DNA of 64,000 nucleotides from Candidatus Kuenenia stuttgartensis (GTDB lineage Bacteria; Planctomycetota; Planctomycetia; Gemmatales; Gemmataceae): positions 10,964 through 74,963 of the forward strand of contig CAMCLK010000002.1 in the NCBI GenBank assembly GCA_945875585.1, given 5' to 3'. The translations under genes were made by a program, and so were the position numbers. Positions 56,505 to 64,000 of this stretch are shown in pieces (position 1 is the stretch's first letter; each line of letters opens with the position of its first letter). A model generated the notes under the pieces. The model did no database searches, was not told the DNA's origin, and worked only from the letters and a program-made list of their open reading frames with translations.

Positions 56505-57785
56505 ATGAGCCTACCGGAAATGGAGCGGGCCATGGGATGGTCCAAACGCTGGCTACTGGCCCTATGGCTTGGTGCAAGCGGCATAATGTTGACTGATGCT
56601 AGGGGGCAGGACCGTGCCCCCGCTGTGCGGTTGGGTGCGCCCATCACGCAGGCACCGGTCATCGTGCCTGCTGGTGCCTCGACGGTTCAACGCGTTCAAT
56701 TTCAGCAGGCTCAACCACCCACGCATATTGTGCTGGTTCAGGGGGAGGCCCCTGTTCCAGCTCCACCCGTGTTTCCTGCTGGGCCCCCGCCTTCTGCTCC
56801 TCCGCCTGCGTTCTCAGGCTTACCCGGATCGGCCCCTGCTGCTGGCTTCAATCCGAACCAGCAATTGGGTAATCAGGGCACCACACAGTTCTTCAGCCAA
56901 GCCGGCGACTACTTGGGCATCACAGGGTGCACACCCGGGCGGCGCTGGTTCCAGAGCGATCACGGCTTCGACCAGATGATCAGCCCGGTCACCAACCCAT
57001 TTTATTTTGAAGACCCACGCGCGCTTACTGAAGTCAGACCTATTTTCATGTACCAGTCCATACCGGGTTCCAATCCGGCAGCCAATGGAAACATGTTTTG
57101 GTACGGAACCCAGCTGCGCGCTGCTTTTACAGAAAAACTGTCTCTGACCATTAACAAGCTAGGCGGCATCAGTGCCACAGGGTCTTCGTATCCGCCACTT
57201 GATCCCAGCGCGTTCGATTCCAACGGTTTCAGCGAATTCTGGATAACACCCAAGTGGACATTTTATCGGGATGAACGCAGCGGAACCGTTGCTGCGGCTG
57301 GTATGCAGCTTCAGATTCCCACCACTAGCAATGTCTACCAGAACACCGGCAATTTGGGCCTAACCCCCTTTGCCAGCGTTGGGCAAACGTTTGGCAGAAC
57401 GTCTTACGGCGCGTTCAATACCATGGGTATGTTTGCCTATGAATTCGGCGCCAACAACCAACGTTCCGATTTTCTGGTCTTCAGCGCCCATCTCGACTAC
57501 GACATTGCCAACTGGCATAAGATCTACCCATTTTTGGATCTGAACTGGTCCCATGTGACGGCGGGTGGAAACAGGGTGTCCGGGCTTAACGTGGAAGGTG
57601 CCGACCTTGTGAACTTTGGTGCCAGCAATTCCACAGGATGGAACCAGCTCACCTTGGCTCCCGGTTTGCGCTACAAGTTTTCTGAAAACATCCAAACCGG
57701 AGTGGCGTTTGAATTTCCCATCAGCAGTCCTACCGACACGCTGCTTAACTTCAGGCTGACTCTCGATGTTATTTTCCGCTACTGA
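56505..57785 (+). CDS. outer membrane beta-barrel protein (hypothetical), with a Pro-rich periplasmic segment
   Basis: The ORF opens at 56007 but overlaps the nuclease gene. In-frame ATGs at 56505/56535 precede the signal peptide MGWSKRWLLALWLGASGIML. Alternating-hydrophobic beta strands run through to a C-terminal LTLDVIFRY (aromatic C-terminus typical of OMPs). Confidence 0.55.
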   Translation: MSLPEMERAMGWSKRWLLALWLGASGIMLTDARGQDRAPAVRLGAPITQAPVIVPAGASTVQRVQFQQAQPPTHIVLVQGEAPVPAPPVFPAGPPPSAPPPAFSGLPGSAPAAGFNPNQQLGNQGTTQFFSQAGDYLGITGCTPGRRWFQSDHGFDQMISPVTNPFYFEDPRALTEVRPIFMYQSIPGSNPAANGNMFWYGTQLRAAFTEKLSLTINKLGGISATGSSYPPLDPSAFDSNGFSEFWITPKWTFYRDERSGTVAAAGMQLQIPTTSNVYQNTGNLGLTPFASVGQTFGRTSYGAFNTMGMFAYEFGANNQRSDFLVFSAHLDYDIANWHKIYPFLDLNWSHVTAGGNRVSGLNVEGADLVNFGASNSTGWNQLTLAPGLRYKFSENIQTGVAFEFPISSPTDTLLNFRLTLDVIFRY

Positions 57786-58311
57786 CAGGCAGCTACCGGT
57801 TGGGCTTGGCGTTTCTGGCGCCTGTTCCGAACTGGCCCACCATTTATCCCAAGCACTTGCAGGCATTGGTAGATGTGGCACCGCATTCGACTTGGTTGCC
57901 GGCCAAAGCGATTTGCTCGAAAAAGCAGCTCTTTCCGGAACGCTCGCCGCTGTTATTGAGTTAGGGTTGGAAGATTATATTTGTGAGGTTGTCTCTGGCC
58001 GGGCCAACAATAGCAACAGGTTGACCGGTGCCATTCAGGCGCATCTTCCGCAGGTATGGGTAATTGCTCCATTTTTAGAGGTATTACCCACCGTTTTGCC
58101 AGATCAGGTGGATGCAGCAGGCAAACGGCTGGCTTGGTTGGCCAGTGCCGCCGATCCACATCCGACCGTGATCGTTATTGCTGGCGATTCACTATCAAAT
58201 ATTTTTGTCGAAAGCTTTAGATTGTGGGCGCTTTCGTCGGTCCCGGTTATTCGCACTATGGCAATGTCAAATCCTGAAATGGCTTTGTACATCTTGAAAT
58301 GCCTAGGCTGA
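57766..58311 (+). CDS. hypothetical protein
   Basis: 181 aa ORF with plausible composition and no recognisable domain. It overlaps the outer membrane protein gene stop by 20 nt. Confidence 0.3.
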   Translation: MLFSATDRQLPVGLGVSGACSELAHHLSQALAGIGRCGTAFDLVAGQSDLLEKAALSGTLAAVIELGLEDYICEVVSGRANNSNRLTGAIQAHLPQVWVIAPFLEVLPTVLPDQVDAAGKRLAWLASAADPHPTVIVIAGDSLSNIFVESFRLWALSSVPVIRTMAMSNPEMALYILKCLG

Positions 58312-58331
58312 TCGGTGAGCAGAGGCGGTTG

Positions 58332-58589
58332 TTATGGACGCGCGCTTTCGGTCGATGCGGGTGTAGATGGGTCTTGGGAGATGCGCTTGAGCCCTTCGTT
58401 GAGCCCCTTTTGGATATCGGTCCGCGCACGATCGGTGTGCACTTCGATGTCGGTACCGTTGAAGCTGAACCAACCATTGAACGCGCCGAAGCCAATGAAG
58501 GCGATCGCCAGAAGTCCAATCAATGCCAATATATTGCGCATGGGCAACCCTCGTGGTGACTCGCTGACAGGATACGGGTGGGTGCCCAT
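58332..58589 (-). CDS. small hypothetical membrane protein
   Basis: 85 aa (or about 70 from an internal Met). One TM helix ILALIGLLAIAFIGFGAF. Confidence 0.3.
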   Translation of the reverse strand: MGTHPYPVSESPRGLPMRNILALIGLLAIAFIGFGAFNGWFSFNGTDIEVHTDRARTDIQKGLNEGLKRISQDPSTPASTESARP

Positions 58590-58662
58590 CTTTTTCCAGC
58601 CCGGCTTTCATTCGACTGGTTCATGTTGATCCATTCACGACATTCAGGAAAAGATTGCAATC

Positions 58663-60285
58663 ATGGCGAATCTACCCACGCCGGGTTCCACGGACCCAGC
58701 AGTTTATTCAGATGGATGGAACAGGGCTGCCATAGCTGTGGCTCTGGGAGCAACTGTTTTCAGAATCATCTATCTCCTCTGGTTCTGTCCCTATGATCTT
58801 GCCCAAGACGAAGCTCATTATTGGGATTGGTCGCGCAACCTCGACTGGAGTTACTACAGCAAAGGTCCACTGGTGGCTTGGCTGATTGCCCTGTCGGACT
58901 TCCTGACCCGATCGTGGCTGCCTCTTGTTGGTGGTGACCCTGCCTTTGGTGTTCGCCTTTTCGCACCGATATCGGGCGGGGCCTTTTTGCTCGGCCTTTT
59001 CACGTTCACACGCCAAACGTGTCACGACGGCCGTGGTGCGTTGATAGCCATGCTGGCTGCCATGACCGTGCCCCCTATTGCCGTAGCCGGGCTGTTGATG
59101 ACGATCGACGCCCCGTTCACCTGCCTTTGGGTTTGGGCACTCGTTTTTGCACACCGCGCCGTAGGCAGCAATCGTTTGGCGGATTGGATCACGCTAGGAG
59201 CGATTGTTGGCCTGGGCATACTTGCCAAATACACCATGGTGCTTTTTATTCCATCGTTGGCACTTGCCATGCTCATGGACACCGCTTGGCGTAAACAGCT
59301 TCTGCGCCCGGCTCCTTGGATTGGTATTGGTGCTACGGTGTTATTGTGCATGCCTATTGTGGCATGGAACATCAACAACGACTTTGTCACATTCCGGCAC
59401 GTGGGAAATCTGGCGGGTGTTGACCGCCCTGCTGGTGGTATCCGTTGGATGGGGCCGCTTCAGTTCCTCGGCGGCCAGTTGGCCCTGCTGATGGGATTCT
59501 GGCTGCTGGCATGGTTGGCGGCGCTTATTGCTCTTCGTCCTTGGCGCCAAAACGATTCCAGCGTGCGCCTTGCTTGGTGGTTGTCGGCTCCCACTTTTAT
59601 GGTTTTTGGGCTATTCAGTTTCAAAACCGGTGGTGGGGAAATCAATTGGCCTGTCACGGCATACTTGGCTGGTGTGCCTTTGGTGTTGGTGTGGTTCAAC
59701 GGCTTGAAAGGGCAATTCGCCGTGGTTGCCACCCGATCAGCGATAGCCATGCTGGCGCTTGGCACAATTCTGGTTTTCTTTCTTCATGCCAGTCCGGTTG
59801 TTCAACCGCTTTTGGCGCGCCTTGCCGGACCACCTACCGAAAGCAATCCAACGCCATTGCGCAGGCTCGACCCAACGTGCCGCCTGATGGGATGGAAGCA
59901 ATTGGCGAATTACGTGGACTTAATTCGTATTTCGGATCCGTCAATGGTGGTGGCGGCGCACCGCTGGAGCAGCGTCGGCTTGCTTGGTTTTTATTGTCAG
60001 GGGCGACCCAGAGTGGAAAGCCTTGGAGCAGCGCTGGGCGATCGCCATAGTCAATACGACCTGTGGCCACATCCCGTTGCTCAGCCTGACAAATACCGTG
60101 GACGCGATTTTATCATTGTCGATGCGCCATCTGAAGCGTTGATAGGCGCCTTTGACAGAGTAGAAACTCCGATAATAGTCACGGCTACCTCACCGGGTGG
60201 GTTTCCGGTGGCGCGCTGGTCGGTGGTGGTGGCTCGGGGTTTTCGAGGGTTTGATCCTGCCAAATTGCCACCCAGAGGGTGGTGA
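58663..60285 (+). CDS. GT39/GT83-family glycosyltransferase (ArnT / dolichyl-phosphate-mannose protein mannosyltransferase-like)
   Basis: 540 aa polytopic membrane protein. N-terminal ..YDLAQDEAHYWDWSRNLDWSYYSKGPLVAWLIA.. matches the PMT_2/ArnT extracytoplasmic loop, including the DE motif. Confidence 0.7.
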   Translation: MANLPTPGSTDPAVYSDGWNRAAIAVALGATVFRIIYLLWFCPYDLAQDEAHYWDWSRNLDWSYYSKGPLVAWLIALSDFLTRSWLPLVGGDPAFGVRLFAPISGGAFLLGLFTFTRQTCHDGRGALIAMLAAMTVPPIAVAGLLMTIDAPFTCLWVWALVFAHRAVGSNRLADWITLGAIVGLGILAKYTMVLFIPSLALAMLMDTAWRKQLLRPAPWIGIGATVLLCMPIVAWNINNDFVTFRHVGNLAGVDRPAGGIRWMGPLQFLGGQLALLMGFWLLAWLAALIALRPWRQNDSSVRLAWWLSAPTFMVFGLFSFKTGGGEINWPVTAYLAGVPLVLVWFNGLKGQFAVVATRSAIAMLALGTILVFFLHASPVVQPLLARLAGPPTESNPTPLRRLDPTCRLMGWKQLANYVDLIRISDPSMVVAAHRWSSVGLLGFYCQGRPRVESLGAALGDRHSQYDLWPHPVAQPDKYRGRDFIIVDAPSEALIGAFDRVETPIIVTATSPGGFPVARWSVVVARGFRGFDPAKLPPRGW

Positions 60286-60316
60286 TTCGCGCTGACGCAT
60301 ATATGTGAAAACCTAA

Positions 60317-61087
60317 TCACGCCTTGCGCGGGCTCTTTCCGGTATGGAGAACCTTGGCCAAAATGCTTTGCGCCATGGATTGCCGACGGGAGTCAATCAA
60401 TTCGTTGCCACGTTGGTTTTGCCCAGCCTGAAACCCTGATGGCCTACCACGTTTGAGTTTTTGCAGGCGTTTGACCATAGTATCGGCGAGAATTTTGGCC
60501 CATCCTAGATCGGTGGAAGTGGTATCGATAAAAACGAGTGGATTGGTTGGGTCCTGTTCATAGACCAAAGCGGGCCACCATCCGGAAATGCGCGACATGA
60601 TCAAGGTAGCAGTCAGTGCAGATTGCAATGTTGGTTCAAAATGGTCCACATGTCGGCTTCGGAAGCTCGATAGCATAGGATGATTGACTGTAACTCCCCC
60701 TCGTATCCAGCACAGTCCCGGATTGATTTCCGCCAGATTGGCGATTTCTCGGGCGCTGGAAACCCCTAGCCAAGCGGCCATTCCCCACAAACCAAGGTGG
60801 ATGCGCGGATCGGTGGCATCGCGACCACGTACGCCATTTCGGGCCCTTACTGCCTCATGGAACGCGGAAAGATCCAAAAAAGTGAGGACATCCCAAAGGG
60901 TGCGTGCGGGATGACTGTGATGAACAAGTTCATCGATAGTCGTTTGCAGCTGCACAACTTGTCCACGTTGAGGCAAGCGCAATCGTTCACCGGAAGATGC
61001 AACGCCATCTGGACTTGGCGCTACCTCAGGGTCGATTTTCCGCTTCACTCCGACCTCTCCTACCCCTGGGCGGGGCCAATGGCACAA
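60317..61087 (-). pseudogene. IS1182/IS5-family transposase N-terminal fragment (truncated; DDE catalytic domain absent)
   Basis: ..RNGVRGRDATDPRIHLGLWGMAAWLGVSSAREIANLAEINPGLCWIRGG...NHPMLSSFRSRH.. matches the DUF772 / transposase N-terminal region (GRPAY.P..LLK..LY....SSR.IE......AFRW..G). The ORF stops after about 256 aa, and no DDE-domain ORF follows. It abuts an AT-rich region. Confidence 0.6.
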
Positions 61088-61415
61088 GCTAGCCTTCTAT
61101 CTGTTAAGCGTTCGACCTGGTGAAAACCGTTCAAAAATTATTTACAGGTTATCGAGCCAATTATCTACACAAGATATTGGCAAATGTATTTTTAATACAC
61201 TTGTGGTGCTGGCAATTACTTGTTTTAATGCGGCCGTTCGCTCGCGCTGGTTATGTAATAAACATTATATTTTCAGTAATTGATAAGGGTGAGAAACTTT
61301 TTGTGGTTTTTTTTTGCGATTGGTTATTGAAATAATCGAGCACACATTTTTTGACTTGTATAAGATCAAATCAAGACTTCGGATTCTGAAGTCATCATCC
61401 CAATATATAAGTGGT

Positions 61416-62282
61416 ATGGATGCAGTCATGAAATCAGATCAATCACTACTTCGTAAGCATGTTGAGTTTTTAACCACGCTAAGGCCGTTTCGCAATTACC
61501 AAAACGTTGAATCTTTAGCTAAGGTTTGCCAGTATCTTGCAAATGAATTCCACAATTTGCGACTTCAGGTGAGTGACCAGCCTTTTATTGCTAATAGAGT
61601 TGAATTCAAAAACATTATCGGTACATACAATTCCTCGAAAAAGCGTCGGTTGATTGTAGGGGCCCATTACGATGTCTGTGGTGATCAACCTGGTGCCGAT
61701 GACAACGCGAGCGCGGTGTCCGGCCTACTTGAAACGGCTCGAATGGTTGCCGAAGCTCAACCTGATATCGATTACCGCATCGATTTCGTCGCCTATTGCC
61801 TCGAGGAACCACCCTTCTATGACACAAATATGATGGGTTCTTATCACCACGCCGAGTCAATAAGCTCGATCAAATCCGATGTGATCGGCCTTATCAATTT
61901 CGAAATGATTGGATATTACCACAACGGCCCGCAGCCTTACCCGGACCCTCGATTGGCGCAAATCTATCCAGCAACCGCAGATTTTATAGCGGTTGTTGGC
62001 AAACACGATTATCATGAGTTCAATCAGAAAGTTTACGAATTGATGCGAGTTGACGCGGAAATCAATGTCCAGATGATTGATAATTATCTAATTGAAAGTC
62101 TGGCCGGAATGTCCGATCAAAGAAGTTACTGGCGGTTTGGGATTCCGGCCCTGATGATTAATGACACATCATTCATACGCAATCCCAATTATCATAGGAT
62201 AAGCGATGATCTGGATACTCTAAGTTTTGGGCATATGGAGGCCACAGTTTCAGCGGTTTACAAAGCTATTGTTGGTTTCTAG
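61416..62282 (+). CDS. M28-family zinc peptidase
   Basis: The ORF opens at 61314; the likely start is the ATG at 61416. ..LIVGAHYDVCGDQPGADDNASAVSGLLETAR.. matches the M28 metal-binding core (HxD ... D-D/E pattern). The gene is distinctly AT-rich compared with the rest of the window. Confidence 0.65.
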   Translation: MDAVMKSDQSLLRKHVEFLTTLRPFRNYQNVESLAKVCQYLANEFHNLRLQVSDQPFIANRVEFKNIIGTYNSSKKRRLIVGAHYDVCGDQPGADDNASAVSGLLETARMVAEAQPDIDYRIDFVAYCLEEPPFYDTNMMGSYHHAESISSIKSDVIGLINFEMIGYYHNGPQPYPDPRLAQIYPATADFIAVVGKHDYHEFNQKVYELMRVDAEINVQMIDNYLIESLAGMSDQRSYWRFGIPALMINDTSFIRNPNYHRISDDLDTLSFGHMEATVSAVYKAIVGF

Positions 62283-62400
62283 CTGTGTAAGTCCAAAGCT
62301 GATTTTTTTGAACTGTTTTCCTCCGGATAAGGAATGTTGGTAAACCATCAATTAGTAATATTATTACAAAAGGATCTGTAGATAATCCATTGGGCTTAGT

Positions 62401-62433
62401 AATTGGCTTTCATGGAATTCATGAAAGCCAATT
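62401..62433. repeat. perfect 14-bp-arm inverted repeat AATTGGCTTTCATG-gaatt-CATGAAAGCCAATT
   Basis: Read directly from the sequence. It lies between the convergent M28 peptidase and xylose isomerase genes. Confidence 0.8.
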
Positions 62434-62517
62434 CTATTAACGATAGGCGATTGTGGCTGACGCCGGCGATATCATTGGACTATGTCATCATGCCGCCATT
62501 TTCGTGATATTTAAGCT

Positions 62518-63549
62518 TTACCGGCCCATCAGCTTGCCGATAATGTAGCGTTCCAGTTCTTCGTAATCGCGTTGCTGGCGCAGTTGTTCCACCAGAGCGG
62601 CATCTACCGAACGACAGACATCAACAAGGCGCAGGAAAATTTCGCGGCTGTTGGCCAGATGCTTGGTCTGGTGCTCCGCTGTGGTTGTGCGCATCGCCTT
62701 GACGTCGAGCCCCACACACCCATCGTAGCCCGCACGCTCCAGAACCCAGACCGTATTGAAGGCGCGGCGCAGGTCCACAGACCCGAACGTCTTGTCTTGG
62801 TCGTACTTCAGGCCGTTTTGGTCGTTGAGGTGAACGCTCCACAACTTGTTGTGCCATAGGGTGTAGGCCATGTCATCGGATGGGTCGTTGCCCGCAAGAA
62901 TGGAGTGCGCGCTTTCAATGAGGATGCCGCAACGAACCGGATCCTTTGACTTGTAGCAAAGCGCCAGAAAATGCCCGGGTGTGGGCATGTAGGCGTGATC
63001 CATCGGTTCATTGGGCTTCATTTCGCCCAGAACACGGATGCGGCGGTCGTGGTCGAGAAGCATATCAACCGCTTCAAGAATGCGCTGTGACGCTGTGATG
63101 GGGCACTTGGCTTCGCGAATGTAGGTACCTTCGCGTGCCAGCCACAAAACAATGTCTTTGGTATCCATCACCTGAGCGAGGTCCACGGCGCGGCGTGAAC
63201 GATCGAGGGCGTATTTGCGGTCTTCCGCCGAGTTGCTGGTAAAGCCGCCATCGATGGTGTGGGGATCTTCCCAGAGACGTGGCGCAATGAATTCGCAGAA
63301 CAAGCCGTGATCATCGAGCATTTTCTTGACGCGCTTGGCGCCTTGCTCGGTTTCATGCCAGGTGCCGCCATATGGAACCACATCGTCGTCGTGCATCTGC
63401 ACGCCGTCAAAGCCCAAGGCCTTGTATGTGGCCAGTTTGTCGGCGAAAGCGATTTCGTCGCGGACGGGTGGGCCAAACGGATCGGATCCGCGTGCAATAT
63501 TCCATGGGCCGAACGTAAAGCGATACTGTCCTTTGGCCTTGGTGCTCAT
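62518..63549 (-). CDS. xylA: xylose isomerase (class I, short type)
   Basis: 343 aa. QYRFTFGPWNIARGSDPFG, FDGVQMHDDD, DGGFTSN, LNDQNGLKYDQD and FGSVDL align block by block with actinobacterial-type XylA. Confidence 0.8.
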   Translation of the reverse strand: MSTKAKGQYRFTFGPWNIARGSDPFGPPVRDEIAFADKLATYKALGFDGVQMHDDDVVPYGGTWHETEQGAKRVKKMLDDHGLFCEFIAPRLWEDPHTIDGGFTSNSAEDRKYALDRSRRAVDLAQVMDTKDIVLWLAREGTYIREAKCPITASQRILEAVDMLLDHDRRIRVLGEMKPNEPMDHAYMPTPGHFLALCYKSKDPVRCGILIESAHSILAGNDPSDDMAYTLWHNKLWSVHLNDQNGLKYDQDKTFGSVDLRRAFNTVWVLERAGYDGCVGLDVKAMRTTTAEHQTKHLANSREIFLRLVDVCRSVDAALVEQLRQQRDYEELERYIIGKLMGR

Positions 63550-63796
63550 TCAAGTCACTCCCGGTTAGGTGCCGATAAAAAACCAATAGTCGTGCTTCAT
63601 GCCCCGGCAGACGTGCCATGGATGGGGGTCTCAACGTCTGGTACCCGCCTCATGCCCAGCGTCATCCGGTGTACTTCTTGCTCAGCAGTATGGCAGTCGT
63701 ACGTCTCATCAGATTACGAACAGATGATGATCGAATCGAAGCCGTGCCCGTCGTGCGGCGGTCTTACTCTGGGTGTTGAAGTCGAAACGGTCAAGC

Positions 63797-64000
63797 TTAA
63801 CCCAGCGTCCGGTCGAGTGCCGCGGCAACGCGTCGGCATTCTTGCATCACATGTACAAAAACAGGCGGTGTGAGTGCTTGGAACCCGTCACTCATGGCGT
63901 GTTCAGGGTCGTCATGAATTTCAAGCATAAGAGCATCGGCCCCAGCGGCAATGGCGGCGCGTGCCATTGGGCCCACCAAGGTCGCCTTACCTGTTCCGTG
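63797..64000 (-). CDS. DAHP synthase / KDO-8-phosphate synthase family protein, C-terminal part (N-terminus lies beyond the right edge)
   Basis: Translation across the edge gives ..HGTGKATLVGPMARAAIAAGADALMLEIHDDPEHAMSDGFQAL.., the conserved C-terminal block of the DAHP_synth_1 (KdsA/AroG-like) family. Confidence 0.65.
   Translation of the reverse strand, partial: HGTGKATLVGPMARAAIAAGADALMLEIHDDPEHAMSDGFQALTPPVFVHVMQECRRVAAALDRTLG

Noticed and set aside
63259-63873. 204-aa + strand ORF and the small CPSCGG-containing peptide (about 63723-63873) in the xylA-kdsA intergenic region
   Set aside because: Most of the ORF is antisense to xylA. The remaining peptide of about 50 aa has a single CxxC and no other support. 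It is probably non-coding intergenic sequence.
1-64000. CRISPR arrays, integrases, prophage or toxin-antitoxin genes
   Set aside because: No direct-repeat/spacer periodicity, no tyrosine or serine recombinase, and no small paired ORFs with TA-like features were seen. The only mobile signal is the decayed transposase fragment at 60317-61087.

Overview
This 64 kb window looks like chromosomal DNA from a Planctomycete-type bacterium (about 55% GC, weak or absent Shine-Dalgarno sites). The inference rests on a DUF1501 gene paired with a PSCyt1/PSCyt2/PSD1 cytochrome-c-motif protein, a PEP-CTERM protein and several Gly-rich secreted proteins. I support about 45 protein genes, none of which I recognise as a known phage-defence or toxin system. 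They are, in order along the window: a CUT2 sugar ABC uptake operon; a MacAB-like tripartite efflux set (a long TolC-like outer membrane factor, a HlyD adaptor, an ATPase and an FtsX permease); a purine nucleoside phosphorylase and an HpcH aldolase; futalosine-pathway menaquinone genes (mqnA plus an MqnC/MqnE-type radical SAM enzyme); a carbohydrate group (GH13 amylase, class 3 FBPase, ROK kinase); homoserine dehydrogenase; a UxaA dehydratase; a LOG-family protein; a flotillin gene divergently paired with two tandem paralogous vWA genes and a PEP-CTERM protein; an RND efflux locus with an adaptor, two tandem AcrB-like permeases and a convergent NodT outer membrane lipoprotein; tatA; cstA; purD; a sulfite/nitrite reductase hemoprotein; a DJ-1/PfpI homolog; an esterase; queG; an S1/P1 nuclease; an outer membrane beta-barrel protein; a GT39/ArnT-like glycosyltransferase; xylose isomerase; and a truncated DAHP/KDO8P synthase at the right edge. 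Two RNA genes are absent from the ORF track: tRNA-Val(CAC) on the minus strand at 45966-46037, and a complete tmRNA (ssrA, about 397 nt) on the minus strand at 53069-53465. Several ORF-track entries are artefacts: antisense Pro-rich reading of Gly-rich genes, ORFs over ssrA, and ORFs generated by a Gly repeat. Some start codons need moving (hom, pfpI, queG, the purine nucleoside phosphorylase, the efflux adaptor, the BON protein, the outer membrane protein). An AT-rich region (about 61.1-62.5 kb) holds an IS1182/IS5-like transposase N-terminal remnant, an M28 peptidase gene and a perfect 14-bp-arm palindrome, which suggests horizontal acquisition. The candidates most likely to be novel are the flotillin and tandem-vWA pair, an FG/GQ-repeat secreted protein, and a small Cys/Pro-rich ORF downstream of the NodT gene. 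I cannot show from sequence alone that any of them forms a new system.
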